Positions 18,117 to 28,177 of a DNA stretch of 64,000 nt are shown here, piece after piece. How positions within the stretch are numbered: position 1 is the stretch's first letter; each line of letters begins with the position of its first letter. The translations under genes were made by a program, and so were the position numbers. The notes under the pieces were generated by a model. That model ran no database searches. It was not told the DNA's origin and was given only the letters and a program-made list of their open reading frames with translations. The stretch comes from Thermoplasmatota archaeon (GTDB lineage: Archaea; Thermoplasmatota; Thermoplasmata; UBA10834), in assembly GCA_040751795.1 (NCBI GenBank), contig JBFMHR010000005.1, forward strand, positions 64,001 through 128,000. Reading direction: 5' to 3'.

Positions 18117-19685
18117 TTAAAGCCTGACGTAGGTCGCGGACCTCAGGTCGGGTATGGCCCGGACCTTCTCCATGACCTCGGGGGGTATCCGGTCGTCGAT
18201 CTCGAGTATCATCACCGCGGGGCCGCGGGTCTGCCTCCTCGCGACCTCCATGCTGGCGATGTTGACGTCGTTGTCGCCGAGAACGGTGCCGACCTTCCCT
18301 ATCATGCCGGGCTTGTCCATGTGCGATATGAGCAGGAGGTCGCCCTCAGGGACGATGTCGACCATGTTGCCGTCTATCTCCACCAGCCTCGCGCCCTTGT
18401 CGGGCATGAGCGAGCCGGCGACGGAAGCGGCTATGCCGTCCGTGTGCATCGTCACCCTGATGAGGTTCTTGTACGGTCCGGCGTCCTCGGAGGTGGACGA
18501 CACTATCTCTATCCCCCTGGCCTTCGCGAAGGCGAGGGCGTTGATGTAGTTCACGGTCGTCTCGTCGGATATGGGCTTCAGGAGGCCCGTGACGACCGAC
18601 GCCGATATGATCCGCACGTCCTTCTGGGCCAGCTCGCCCCTGCACGACACCTCGACCCTTCCGGTCCCGGGCTTGCCCACCTGGCATATGAAGGTTCCGA
18701 GCTTCTCCGCGAGGGGCATGTACGGGATGATCTCCGGGTCGAGCTTGGCCGGGAGGTTCAGGGCGTTCCTGATGATGTTGTCCTTGATGTAGGCGATGAC
18801 CTGCTCCGCGATCTCCGAGCCGACGTCCTCCTGCGCCTCCTTCGTCGTGGCGCCCAGGTGGGGCGTGAGGACGACGCTGTCGAGGGTCAGCAGCCTCGAA
18901 CCCTTCGGCGGCTCCTCCGTGAACACGTCCAGGGCGGCGCCGGCGAGCCTCCCCTCGGCCAGCGCGTCGTAGAGGGCGTCCTCGTTGACGACCCCTCCCC
19001 TGGCGCAGTTGACTATCATGGCGCTCTTCTTCATCCTCGCCAGTTCGGGCCTGCCGAGCATGTCCTTCGTCTGCGGCGTCAGGGGCGTGTGCACCGTGAC
19101 GAAGTCCGCCTCCTCCAGGAGCCTGTCGAGCGTGACGAGCCTGACGTGGAGCCTCACGCCCACCTCCGGCGACACGAGCGGGTCGAAGGCTATGACCTTC
19201 ATGCCGAGGGCGGCCGCGCGCTTCGAGACCTCCGCGCCGACCCTGCCCAGGCCGACTATGCCCAGGGTCTTCCCGGCTATCTGGAGCCCCTTGAGCTCCT
19301 TCCTCTTCCACTCGCCCCTCTTGGTGGAGGCGTCCGCCTGCGGGATCCTCCGGGCGAGGGCGAACAGCAGCCCTATGGTTAGCTCCGCCGTGGAGACGAC
19401 GTTGCCGGACGGGGCGTTCATGACGAGTATGCCCCTCTCGGTGGCCGCGGCCAGGTCGATGTTGTCCACCCCTATCCCGGCCCTGCCTATGACCTTCAGC
19501 CTCGAGGCCTGTATGACCTTCCTCGTGGCCTTGGTGGCGCTCCTCACTATCAGGACGTCGTAGTCGCCGATGGCCTTGACCAGCTCGTCCTCCTTGAGCC
19601 CGAGCTTCACGTCGACCTTGTAGCCCTGGGCCTTCAGCATCTCGACGCCGCCCTTCGATATCTCGTCCGCGACGAGGACCTTCAT
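18117..19685 (-). CDS. serA: D-3-phosphoglycerate dehydrogenase (type I, with ASB and ACT domains)
   Basis: VRSATK, GRAGIGVDNID, GLGRVG, VNCARGG, TPHLGATT.EAQ, DKPGMIGKVG..LG...VNIA ACT domain. Confidence 0.95.
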   Translation of the reverse strand: MKVLVADEISKGGVEMLKAQGYKVDVKLGLKEDELVKAIGDYDVLIVRSATKATRKVIQASRLKVIGRAGIGVDNIDLAAATERGILVMNAPSGNVVSTAELTIGLLFALARRIPQADASTKRGEWKRKELKGLQIAGKTLGIVGLGRVGAEVSKRAAALGMKVIAFDPLVSPEVGVRLHVRLVTLDRLLEEADFVTVHTPLTPQTKDMLGRPELARMKKSAMIVNCARGGVVNEDALYDALAEGRLAGAALDVFTEEPPKGSRLLTLDSVVLTPHLGATTKEAQEDVGSEIAEQVIAYIKDNIIRNALNLPAKLDPEIIPYMPLAEKLGTFICQVGKPGTGRVEVSCRGELAQKDVRIISASVVTGLLKPISDETTVNYINALAFAKARGIEIVSSTSEDAGPYKNLIRVTMHTDGIAASVAGSLMPDKGARLVEIDGNMVDIVPEGDLLLISHMDKPGMIGKVGTVLGDNDVNIASMEVARRQTRGPAVMILEIDDRIPPEVMEKVRAIPDLRSATYVRL

Positions 19686-19854
19686 CCGTCTCACCAGCCC
19701 GCGCAGGCCGCGCGGCCCATCTGGAACAGGGGCACCCCGATATCAATCTGTTGCACGGGGCCAGGCAGGGAACGTTGCTTTGTGTACCTCGCCGGGGCCC
19801 GCGCCGGGGAGGCAATACCCCTATATACCTTCCCCGCGCCTCCATTGGGAGACG

Positions 19855-20313
19855 ATGGTCGCGATCAAGCGGACGGCCACGATCGCCTCCCCCCAGGAGG
19901 ACGCCTTCGAGTACGTGGCGGACTGGAGGAACTTCCCGAACTACGTGCCCATGTTCACCGACATGAGCGTGTCGAGCCTGGTCCAGTACGGGCCGGGGAC
20001 ATCCGTCGACCTGACCATGCTCTTCGGGGACAAGGTGGAGATGAGGGTCGCCCTGGACATAGTCGACTTCCTGAAGAACCAGAGGGTGGTGTTCAAGTCC
20101 AGCAGGGGGCTCAGGACGAGGATCGCCTGGACCTTCAAGGAGTCGGGCGACAAGACCCTGGTGACCCTGGACTTCGACTTCGAGATGCCCCCGACCATGA
20201 ACCTCCGCGAGGCCGAGAAGCTGGCGCTCGCGCAGACGATGGAGGAGGCCTGGGGCAAGAGCCTCGACATGCTCAAGTGGATACTCGAGTCGATGCCGAA
20301 GCGGGCGGAGTGA
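19855..20313 (+). CDS. SRPBCC (START/polyketide cyclase-like) family protein
   Basis: I....E.AF.YVADW.NFP.Y.P and C-terminal L..LK..LE pattern. Confidence 0.8.
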   Translation: MVAIKRTATIASPQEDAFEYVADWRNFPNYVPMFTDMSVSSLVQYGPGTSVDLTMLFGDKVEMRVALDIVDFLKNQRVVFKSSRGLRTRIAWTFKESGDKTLVTLDFDFEMPPTMNLREAEKLALAQTMEEAWGKSLDMLKWILESMPKRAE

Positions 20314-20493
20314 TCACTTCTCGGGCGGGAGCATGTTCGGTATGCCGTCCTCTATGGGGTAGTCGACGGCGCACTTCGGGCACCTTATCGTCCCGGACAG
20401 GACCTCCCTGTCGTCCTCCTTCGCGACTTTGAGCTCGAGGGGGTGGTGCTTGCACACCGGGCACGCCAGTATGTCCATGAGCTTCTTCTTCAT
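20314..20493 (-). CDS. trm112: Trm112-family methyltransferase activator (59 aa, absent from the ORF track)
   Basis: Own translation: MKKKLMDILACPVCKHHPLELKVAKEDDREVLSGTIRCPKCAVDYPIEDGIPNMLPPEK*. Confidence 0.93.
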   Translation of the reverse strand: MKKKLMDILACPVCKHHPLELKVAKEDDREVLSGTIRCPKCAVDYPIEDGIPNMLPPEK

Positions 20494-20618
20494 GCCAAAC
20501 GACCTAGGCAGGTATCGCCAGGGGGTGATAAGGCTTTGACGGATGTCCCCCGGTTCGCCGGCGCCTGATGGCCACGTTGCAGCGGAGGTGGGTCCGTCAA
20601 CGGGTGGATGGGCAGGCC

Positions 20619-20903
20619 TCAGGACAGCCGTATCACAGGGTCCCTGAACACGAACTCGACGGCGATGAACGAGATGTCGGTGATCCCCGCCTTTCTCAGG
20701 TTCGCGAAGACCTCGTCGGACGTGTCCCCCTCGGCCAGGACCTTCCCCCTGTCGATCGCCACGTACTTGTCCGCGTGCCTGAGGCGCAGCGTGTCCATGT
20801 TCTCCAGGGCATAGAGCTTGTTCTTCGCCGACCGCACCATCCTGCGCATGTCGTCCTTTGAGATCGCGGCCGAAGCTGCCTCGCCGGCGGTCATTCCTGC
20901 CAT
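20619..20903 (-). CDS. DUF5678-like small protein
   Basis: L...H.DKYVAI..GKVLAEG.T.DEV motif; ATG 20903 follows GGAGG. Confidence 0.7.
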   Translation of the reverse strand: MAGMTAGEAASAAISKDDMRRMVRSAKNKLYALENMDTLRLRHADKYVAIDRGKVLAEGDTSDEVFANLRKAGITDISFIAVEFVFRDPVIRLS

Positions 20904-21031
20904 CCTGGCCCCTCCATTCGGCCCGGGACTACTTGATCCCGCGTCACAGGTGTAGCAGTAGGAGGTGTAGCGGGTAGGGGGGCCCATCACCCCCCGAAGG
21001 GTTATTTAGCAGCAAGGGGGATTCCGCACCC

Positions 21032-22009
21032 ATGCGCGTGGGCGTGATAGGCGTGGGGTCGATGGGCCAGAACCACGCGAGGATATTGTCCGACATGGGC
21101 ATCCTCGCCGGCGTCTCCGACATCTCCGCGGAGGCGGCGAAGAAGGTCGCGGGCAGGTACCATGTGGGCTCGTGGACCGACCACCGGGACCTCCTCAAGC
21201 AGGACCTCGACGCCGTCGTCATAGTCACGCCGACGACCACTCACAAGAAGGTCGCCGCCGACGCCCTGAACTCCGGGAGGCACGTGCTCCTCGAGAAGCC
21301 CATGACGGGCAGCTCGGCCGACCTATCGGAGCTGGTCTCGCTCGCATCCAAGAAACGCCTCGTCCTCGCCGGCGGCTTCGTCGAGAGGCACAACCCGGTC
21401 GTCGCGTTCGCCAAGAACGGCCTGATGAGCGGGGAGTACGGCGACCTCATAACCGCGGCCAGCAGGCGCGTCTCCTCCCTCCCTTCCAGGATCAAGGACG
21501 TCGGCGTCGTCATGGACCTCGGCATCCACGACATCGACGTGATACAGCACGTCGTCGGCCACGACGCCAAGTCCGTGTACGCGCTCGGCGGACGCGGCAA
21601 GGGCATGGCCTTCGAGGACCACGCCAACATCCTCATCGACTTCGAGAAGGGCGCCACGGGCTTCATCGAGGTGAACTGGCTCACGCCCATGAAGGTCCGG
21701 AAGATCGCCCTCACCTGCAGCAAGAACTTCGTGGAGCTGGACTACATGGAGCAGAGGGCCCAGGTCTGCTCGTCCACGTTCAAGCCCTTCGAGGCGGGGA
21801 ACCTCTTCAACGTCCCGCTCGAGTTCGACCTCAGGCGCATCGCGCTGAGGAAGGAGGAGCCCCTCAGGAGGGAGCTCCTCGACTTCGTCGCCGCGGTCGA
21901 GAAGGGCTCGAAGCCCCTGGTCCCGGGGGAGAGCGCCGTGAAGACGCTCAAGATCGCCGAGGCGGCGCTGAGGTCCGTGAAGTCCGGCGGCAAGGAGCCG
22001 GTCAAGTGA
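21032..22009 (+). CDS. Gfo/Idh/MocA oxidoreductase (UDP-GlcNAc(A) 3-dehydrogenase-like)
   Basis: GVIGVGSMG.NHAR, HVLLEKP, DVGVVMDLGIHDID, EVNWLTP.K.R, EEPL..EL. Confidence 0.9.
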   Translation: MRVGVIGVGSMGQNHARILSDMGILAGVSDISAEAAKKVAGRYHVGSWTDHRDLLKQDLDAVVIVTPTTTHKKVAADALNSGRHVLLEKPMTGSSADLSELVSLASKKRLVLAGGFVERHNPVVAFAKNGLMSGEYGDLITAASRRVSSLPSRIKDVGVVMDLGIHDIDVIQHVVGHDAKSVYALGGRGKGMAFEDHANILIDFEKGATGFIEVNWLTPMKVRKIALTCSKNFVELDYMEQRAQVCSSTFKPFEAGNLFNVPLEFDLRRIALRKEEPLRRELLDFVAAVEKGSKPLVPGESAVKTLKIAEAALRSVKSGGKEPVK

Positions 22010-22028
22010 GCCTCGAGGAGGTGTCGCC

Positions 22029-22922
22029 TTGAAGGTGCTTGTCACGGGCTCTTCCGGGCAGCTGGGTTCGTACGTATGCGAGGCGATGGCCGGCGCGCAC
22101 GAGGTCTCGGGCATGGACATCGTCCCCTCCGGGCACCCGTCCACGCGCGAGCTGACGGTCCGTGGGGACATAAGGTCGCCCGCGGACGCCGACAGGGCCG
22201 TGAAGGGGGCCGAGGCCGTGGTGCACTGCGCCGCCCAGGTCAGCGTCGAGCGGTCCACGGAGGACCCCCTGTCGGACGCGGAGACCAACGTGCTCGGCAC
22301 GGTCAACATGCTCAGGGCCGCGTCACGCTCTGGCGTCCGCAGGTTCGTGTACGTCAGCAGCGCGGCGGTGTACGGCGACCCGGTCAGGGTCCCGATCGCG
22401 GAGGACCACCCGACGGAGCCCCTGAGCAACTACGGGGCCAGCAAGCTCTCGGGGGAGAGGTTCGCCCTCTCCTTCGGGCGCACCGCGGGGATGGAGGTCG
22501 CCGTCGTGAGGCCCTTCAACTTCTACTCGCCCAGGGCGGACCCGAAGAGCCCCTACTCGGGCGTGATCACCAAGTTCGTCGCGAGGGTCAGGGACGGGAG
22601 GCCGCCCGTCATAGAGGGGGACGGCCTCCAGACCAGGGACTTCATACACGCGAGGGACGTGGCCGCGATGGTCGTCCTCCTGCTCGGAGCGGACGGGGTC
22701 CGGGGGAAGGTCTACAACTGCGGCTCCGGCGTCCCGACGAGCATACTGGACCTGGCGAGGGCGACGGTGTCCGCCTCCGGGCGGAGGTTGGAGCCGGAGT
22801 TCACCGCGCCGAGGAAGGGCGACATAAGGCACAGCCTCGCCGACATGGCGAGGGCGAGGGAGGAGCTCGGCTTCTCCGCGAAGGTGTCGCTCGCTGACGG
22901 CCTTGCGGAACTCGTCAGATGA
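22029..22922 (+). CDS. NAD-dependent nucleotide-sugar epimerase/dehydratase (GalE-like SDR)
   Basis: VTGSSGQLG, HCAAQVSV, SSAAVYG, YGASK, GDGLQTRDF. Confidence 0.92.
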   Translation: MKVLVTGSSGQLGSYVCEAMAGAHEVSGMDIVPSGHPSTRELTVRGDIRSPADADRAVKGAEAVVHCAAQVSVERSTEDPLSDAETNVLGTVNMLRAASRSGVRRFVYVSSAAVYGDPVRVPIAEDHPTEPLSNYGASKLSGERFALSFGRTAGMEVAVVRPFNFYSPRADPKSPYSGVITKFVARVRDGRPPVIEGDGLQTRDFIHARDVAAMVVLLLGADGVRGKVYNCGSGVPTSILDLARATVSASGRRLEPEFTAPRKGDIRHSLADMARAREELGFSAKVSLADGLAELVR

Positions 22923-24216
22923 GCCGCTTGCCCACGCCGGCGTACTGGACTCCCGCCTTGCGCATCTTGTCGGCGGAGAAGAGGTCCCGCCCGTCTACGA
23001 CCATGGGCGTGCGCATCAGCGCCTTGAGCTTGTTCGCCGACAGGCGCGAGTACTGCCTGTGGGCGACCATGAATATGGCCATGTCCGCGTCCTCGAGCGC
23101 GGCCGCGGCGTCCCTGGTGACGTCGACCCCGTCCAGCTGCGTCACGTAGGGGTCGTGGACCGTGAGCCTCGCGCTCCTCGCGAAGGCGTGTATCACCGGC
23201 AGCGAGGGGGAGTTGCGTATGTCGCCGCTCTCCTCGAGGAAGGACGCGCCCATCACCGCGACGTTGGCCTTCCTGCGCTCTATGCCCGCCCTCTCCAGCA
23301 TCGCGCAGGCGAGCTCCACCATGTGCAGGGGCATCGAGTCGTTGACGGCCCTGGCGGTCGGGATGAGCCTGGGCTTGGCCCCCTTCCCGCCGTGGACGAG
23401 CAGCCACGGGTCCTTCGGGAGGCAGTGCCCGCCCACGCCCGCCCCGGGTATGTGCATGTCCCTGAAGGGGCAGGTGTTCACGAGCCTCCTGACCTCGAAG
23501 GCGTCCGCCCCCAGCTCCTCGCTGATGAGCGCCACCTCGTTGGCGAAGGCGATCTGCACGTCCCTGTAGGCGTTCTCGGCGGTCTTGACTATCTCCGCCG
23601 TGGTGAGGTCTGTCGGGTGCAGCCGCCCCTTCATGAACCTGGAGTAGATGGCCTTGGCGCGGGAGGCGCTCTGCCGGTCGTAGCCGCCCAGGACCCGGTC
23701 GTATGTCCTGAGGTTCTGCAGGAGCCTCCCCGGCATAACCCTCTCGGGGCAGAAGGCGACCTTGAAGTCCTTGCCCGCGGACATCCTGGAGGCGCGCTCC
23801 AGGGCGGGCACGAAGGCGCTCAGCATCGTCCCCGGGGCCACGGTCGACTCCACGACCACCAGGGCGCCCTTGCGCATGTGCTCGCCTATGCCGGCCGCCG
23901 CTGCGAGCAGCCGGGAGTTGTTGGGCCGGTGCTCCTCGTCTATGGGGGTGTCGACGCACACGAACACCGCGTCCCTGTCCGAGCACGCGGAGAAGTCGGT
24001 CGAGGCCCTCAGCCTCCCCTTCCCGACCACGTCCCTGAGCAGGTCCGCGAGGCCGGGCTCGTCGCCCTTGAGCGGCAGGACGCCCTCGTTGATCTTGAGG
24101 GCCCTCTCCGCCACCACGTCCACGCCGACGACGTCGCACCCGCTGTCCGCCAGGAGCACCGACAGCGGTATCCCGACGTAGCCTAGGCCGACGACCGCCA
24201 CCTTGGACGAGGGCAT
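22915..24216 (-). CDS. UDP-N-acetylhexosamine 6-dehydrogenase (WecC/WbpA-like)
   Basis: VVGLGYVG.P, VESTV.PGT, CPERV.PG, EN.YRDV.IAFANE, GVGGHCLPKDP. Confidence 0.93.
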   Translation of the reverse strand: MPSSKVAVVGLGYVGIPLSVLLADSGCDVVGVDVVAERALKINEGVLPLKGDEPGLADLLRDVVGKGRLRASTDFSACSDRDAVFVCVDTPIDEEHRPNNSRLLAAAAGIGEHMRKGALVVVESTVAPGTMLSAFVPALERASRMSAGKDFKVAFCPERVMPGRLLQNLRTYDRVLGGYDRQSASRAKAIYSRFMKGRLHPTDLTTAEIVKTAENAYRDVQIAFANEVALISEELGADAFEVRRLVNTCPFRDMHIPGAGVGGHCLPKDPWLLVHGGKGAKPRLIPTARAVNDSMPLHMVELACAMLERAGIERRKANVAVMGASFLEESGDIRNSPSLPVIHAFARSARLTVHDPYVTQLDGVDVTRDAAAALEDADMAIFMVAHRQYSRLSANKLKALMRTPMVVDGRDLFSADKMRKAGVQYAGVGKRLI

Positions 24217-24289
24217 AGCGTGCGCATACGGCGGCCGGTGTATAATCCTTTCCTCGGGGCGGGCGGCCAGCGCACGCCCTGGGAGCGGA

Positions 24290-24336
24290 GAAATGGAAAA
24301 TCGGGTTTGGAAAGGGTTTGACGCTGTGCGTCCCCC
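24290..24336 (-). terminator. Probable terminator of the S-layer-like gene
   Basis: On the minus strand right after the stop: GACGC-ACA-GCGTC hairpin followed by a pyrimidine-rich run (CCCTTTCC...ATTTTCCATTTCTCC). Confidence 0.5.
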
Positions 24337-26736
24337 TCACTGGGTCGGCGGCGCCGGCGGCTCGGCCGGCGGGGCCGGCTCGGACTTCGTCAGGCCCGGT
24401 CCCCTCGTCTTCAGGAAGGGCACGACGATGAGCAGGAGGATCATCACTATGATGAGCACGAGCATCACGAAGTCTATCGCGCTCATCCCTATGACCTCCT
24501 TGTCCCAGCCGCTCTGGTCCGCCATGACCACGAAGTCGACGCCGTCGCTCGAGAGCCACGTGTTCTCGACGCCGTCGTACAGGGTCACCCATATGCCGTA
24601 GTAGCCGTCAGGGGTGTCCTCGGGCACCGTCACCGTGAGGGTGCCGGACGTGTCGTTGGTCAGGACGTACATGTCGATGTAGTCGGCGTACGAGTAGTAC
24701 CTGATCTTGTAGACCGACATGTGCGGCGCGCCGTTGGTCGTGATCTCGTAGCCGAACTCTATCTCCGCGCCGGGCTCGAACGCCCTGGACACGTACCCGG
24801 AGTCGCTGACGAGCCAGACGGAGATGGTGTACTCCTCCTCGAGCCAGACGCTCGACTCGGCCTCGACGTTGTTGCCCAGGCCGTCCTTGAGGGTCAGGGT
24901 CACAGTGTACTCGGTCGACGGGTCGCTGCCCGGCACCGTGAAGCTGATCATGCCGGAGGTCGCGAAGTCCATCGAAGAGGACGCGACCGGCTCGCCGCCG
25001 GCGTCCACGACCTCGTAGGAGAGCATGCCCGACGTCATCTCCGTCAGGATCTCGAACTCCCACTGGACCGTGTCGCCGCCGGAGTAGATCTCCGCTACCG
25101 GCGCTATGGCGATGTAGGCCTTCTGGACCCACGCGTCGTCCCAGGCGTCGAGGTAGTAGCCGTTCACTATGGTCACGGCCTCGATGTCGATCCAGCCGAC
25201 GTAGTCGTCGGGGACCGCGAAGCTGGCCTCGCCGGAGCTCGTGTTGCCGACCGCGACGTTGCCCAGGGAGCTGTACACGATGTAGAAGACCGAGTTGTTC
25301 TCGACCTCCTCCACGCCCCATACGGTCGTGAAGGTCACCGTGGCCGTCTCGCCGCTGTAGTACTGGTCCTTGTCCAGCTCAGCGTCGAGGTCGTACTCCA
25401 GGTCGATGTCGAACGTGGTCATCCTCACCACGGTGTAGCCGACCTTCGACATCGTCGCAGTGACGACGTAGGTCCCCGGGTCCGCGTCGGAGGCGAGCTG
25501 GAACTCGTGCTCCACGACGCCGTTGACGCCGGTCGTCAGGTCGGACGCGCCGTACGCGGCTATCGCGGCGCCGTCCTTCTCGACGACTATGTCCACGTCC
25601 GCCTCGGGCAGCGAGTACCAGTTGACCGTCGCCTGGGCGCTGACCACGACGACCTCGCCCGCGAGGTATGTGTCGTCCTCGGTCCAGACGTCGCCCATCA
25701 TGTCACCGGTGTAGAACGTTATCCAGGTCTCCATGCTCCTGTCGGCGGTGTCGTTCGCCCAGAAGTAGACGTCGTAGTCCGAGGTCAGGTTGATCTCGGC
25801 CGGGATCGTGAAGATCTCGGTGCCGAAGTAGCCTGGGACCAGCTCGCCTGTGTCGACCTGCAGGACGTTGGTCTCGTTGTACCACTCCGCGTTCCACTCG
25901 ACTGTCACATCGGAGTAGAGCGAGAGGGTGGCCATGTCGACCACCATGTACTCGACCTCGACGTTCTCGCCGGGCAGGACGTAGTACCTGTCCGTGTCGA
26001 GCATCAGGGCGTACTTGGCGACCCAGAACAGCTCGTCGAACCAGAGGGCGTCGGAGGTCTCGGCCCTCACCTCGATGAGGTACTCGCCGTCCTTGGCGTC
26101 CTCGGGTATGGTGAAGGTCTCGCTCCAGACGCCGTCCTCATCGACGGTCTGGTAGGTCCACGGCGGGACCATGTCGTCGTCCGTCTCGTTCAGGATCTGG
26201 ACGTAGAAGGCGTCGGTGTCCCCGGTCGTGACCGTTATGGTCACGTCCTGGCCGGGGTAGTAGTACCAGTCGTTCGGCGGGTCGAGGCTGAGCCCGGTCT
26301 CCTTCAGCACGATCTGCTCCCTGTCGACCTCGGTCCACCACCAGTAGTCCTCGACATAGAGGACTATGTCGCAGACGGTCATGTCCCCGCTTATGGGGAC
26401 CCCGTTGGTGTTCAGGGAGTCTATGGGGATCGCGGCCGAGCTGTTGTAGTACCCATCAACCGGGTCGTCAGTGGTAGTGTAGATGCTGTCCCTGACGTTC
26501 CCGTTCTCATCCACGAGCTCCACCAGTATGTCCGCGTCCACGAGCACGTTCTCGTAGTACAGCGTGACGTTCACATAGACGTGGTCTCCTCTGAAGAACA
26601 CGTCCATGGGCAGGCCCGCATCGTCTGTCGTCTGCACAGTGCCCGTGTAGTACACAGCACCCTTCGTCGGAAGGGCGGTGAACACGACGGCAATCATGCA
26701 CAGAGCCAGCGCTAAGCTCAAAATCTTGCCTTTCAT
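24337..26736 (-). CDS. Large acidic surface (S-layer-like) glycoprotein with tandem Ig/MG-like domains and a C-terminal membrane anchor
   Basis: Signal peptide; recurring (T)D...Y..G(E/D).V.V units; at least 9 N-X-S/T sequons; C-terminal TM helix and Pro-rich tail; strong TATA upstream. Confidence 0.8.
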   Translation of the reverse strand: MKGKILSLALALCMIAVVFTALPTKGAVYYTGTVQTTDDAGLPMDVFFRGDHVYVNVTLYYENVLVDADILVELVDENGNVRDSIYTTTDDPVDGYYNSSAAIPIDSLNTNGVPISGDMTVCDIVLYVEDYWWWTEVDREQIVLKETGLSLDPPNDWYYYPGQDVTITVTTGDTDAFYVQILNETDDDMVPPWTYQTVDEDGVWSETFTIPEDAKDGEYLIEVRAETSDALWFDELFWVAKYALMLDTDRYYVLPGENVEVEYMVVDMATLSLYSDVTVEWNAEWYNETNVLQVDTGELVPGYFGTEIFTIPAEINLTSDYDVYFWANDTADRSMETWITFYTGDMMGDVWTEDDTYLAGEVVVVSAQATVNWYSLPEADVDIVVEKDGAAIAAYGASDLTTGVNGVVEHEFQLASDADPGTYVVTATMSKVGYTVVRMTTFDIDLEYDLDAELDKDQYYSGETATVTFTTVWGVEEVENNSVFYIVYSSLGNVAVGNTSSGEASFAVPDDYVGWIDIEAVTIVNGYYLDAWDDAWVQKAYIAIAPVAEIYSGGDTVQWEFEILTEMTSGMLSYEVVDAGGEPVASSSMDFATSGMISFTVPGSDPSTEYTVTLTLKDGLGNNVEAESSVWLEEEYTISVWLVSDSGYVSRAFEPGAEIEFGYEITTNGAPHMSVYKIRYYSYADYIDMYVLTNDTSGTLTVTVPEDTPDGYYGIWVTLYDGVENTWLSSDGVDFVVMADQSGWDKEVIGMSAIDFVMLVLIIVMILLLIVVPFLKTRGPGLTKSEPAPPAEPPAPPTQ

Positions 26737-26769
26737 GGGCTATCCCATCCTCGGTCATTATTTGTTGGT

Positions 26770-26812
26770 CTATATATATAAGTTTGCCGTATTTTGTACT
26801 GACTATATATAG
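26770..26812 (-). promoter_or_regulatory. Two TATA-box-like elements upstream of the S-layer-like gene
   Basis: TATATATATAAG at 26771-26782 and CTATATATAG at ~26803-26812 in GC-rich context, 35-75 bp upstream of the ATG. Confidence 0.6.
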
Positions 26813-26896
26813 CGGCCCTCATCGCCGTATAGGGGGTAAGGCGATTGCTGTAGTCGCGGACGCGGGCCGCGCCACCCCCGCGCGCGCGCCCGGGGC

Positions 26897-28138
26897 TCAG
26901 CGCTCGCAGTGGTCGTGGTCGTCCCTGTGCCCCGCTGTCGAGCGCATCTCCTCGATGTTCCCCCTGCTGAACGGGGACATCGCCCTGAGCTTGGAGATCA
27001 CCCCGGGCATGACCTCGAGGACGCGGTCCACCTCCGCCTCCGTGTTCCACCTGCCGAGGGTGAACTGCACCGCGCTCTGCGCCTCCTCGGTCGGTATGCC
27101 GCACGCTAGGAGAACGTGCGACGGGAGGAGGCTCTTGGAGGTGCACGGCGAGCTGGACGACACCGACACGCCCATCATGTCGAGGTTGAGGAGCATCGCC
27201 TCCCCCTCGACGAACTTGAACCGGAAGTTGGCGTTGTTGGGCAGGCGCCTCGTCGGGTGCCCGTTGAGGGCGGAGTCCTCGACGCGCTCGAGCATCCCCT
27301 TGACCAAGCGGTCCCTGAGGGCCGCGATCCTGTCGGCCTCGGAGGCCATCTCGCTCCTCGCTATCTCCGCGGCCGCGCCGAACCCGACGATGCCCGGTAC
27401 GTTCTCGGAGCCGGACCTGAGCCCGCGCTCCTGCCCCCCGCCCTGCTCGACGGCCTCGATCCTCGTGCCGTCCCGGACGTAGAGGGCGCCGACGCCCTTC
27501 GGCCCGTACATGTCGTTGGAGGAGAGGGACATGAGGTCTATGCCGAGCGCCTGCACGTCGACGGGGACCTTGCCCGCCGCGGGTGCGGCGTCGACGTGGA
27601 AGTAGACGTCCTTCTCCTGGAGGAGCTTCCCCACCTCTGCTATCGGCTGCAGGGTGCCGATCTCGTTGTTCGCGAACATGAGCGACACGAGCACCGTGTC
27701 CTTCCGGACCGCCCTCTCCAGCTCGGCGACGTCCACGGACCCGTCCCCCGTCGGGGGGACGAAGGTGACCTCGAAGCCCTGCTTCTGCAGGTACTTCATG
27801 ATGTTGAGGACGGAGATGTGCTCGATGGCGGAGGTGACTACGTGGTTCCCCTCCCCCTTCATGCGCATCGCGACCCCCTTGATGCCGAGGTTGCTCGACT
27901 CGGTCGCCCCGGCGGTGAACACGACCTCCTCCCTGCGCTTCGCGTTGACGAGCCTCGCGACGCTCGTCCTCGCGTCCTCGAGGGCCCTCTTCGGCTCCCT
28001 GCCCGCGCCGTGCAGGGAGGCGGGGTTCCCGTACCTCTCGGTGAAGTAGGGCATCATCCTCTCGAGCACCCTCGGGTCCACGGGCGCGGCGGCCGCGTGG
28101 TCCATGTAGATCCTCTTGGCTCCGGCAGCCTCGGTCAT
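26897..28138 (-). CDS. iscS: IscS/NifS-like class V PLP-fold protein with the PLP lysine replaced by Asp
   Basis: YGNPASLH, FTAGATES, SAIEH, NNEIGTLQP, GGGQERGLRSGSEN and catalytic-loop SSPCTS are present. SxHK reads SSND (DLMSLSSNDMYGPKG). Confidence 0.9.
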   Translation of the reverse strand: MTEAAGAKRIYMDHAAAAPVDPRVLERMMPYFTERYGNPASLHGAGREPKRALEDARTSVARLVNAKRREEVVFTAGATESSNLGIKGVAMRMKGEGNHVVTSAIEHISVLNIMKYLQKQGFEVTFVPPTGDGSVDVAELERAVRKDTVLVSLMFANNEIGTLQPIAEVGKLLQEKDVYFHVDAAPAAGKVPVDVQALGIDLMSLSSNDMYGPKGVGALYVRDGTRIEAVEQGGGQERGLRSGSENVPGIVGFGAAAEIARSEMASEADRIAALRDRLVKGMLERVEDSALNGHPTRRLPNNANFRFKFVEGEAMLLNLDMMGVSVSSSSPCTSKSLLPSHVLLACGIPTEEAQSAVQFTLGRWNTEAEVDRVLEVMPGVISKLRAMSPFSRGNIEEMRSTAGHRDDHDHCER

Positions 28139-28177
28139 GTCTCCTCCCTCCCTATTCCGCTTCACGGATGTAATGTC

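Noticed and set aside
20273-20464. 63-aa ORF in the track
   Set aside because: Wrong frame; the real gene is the 59-aa Trm112 at 20314-20493.
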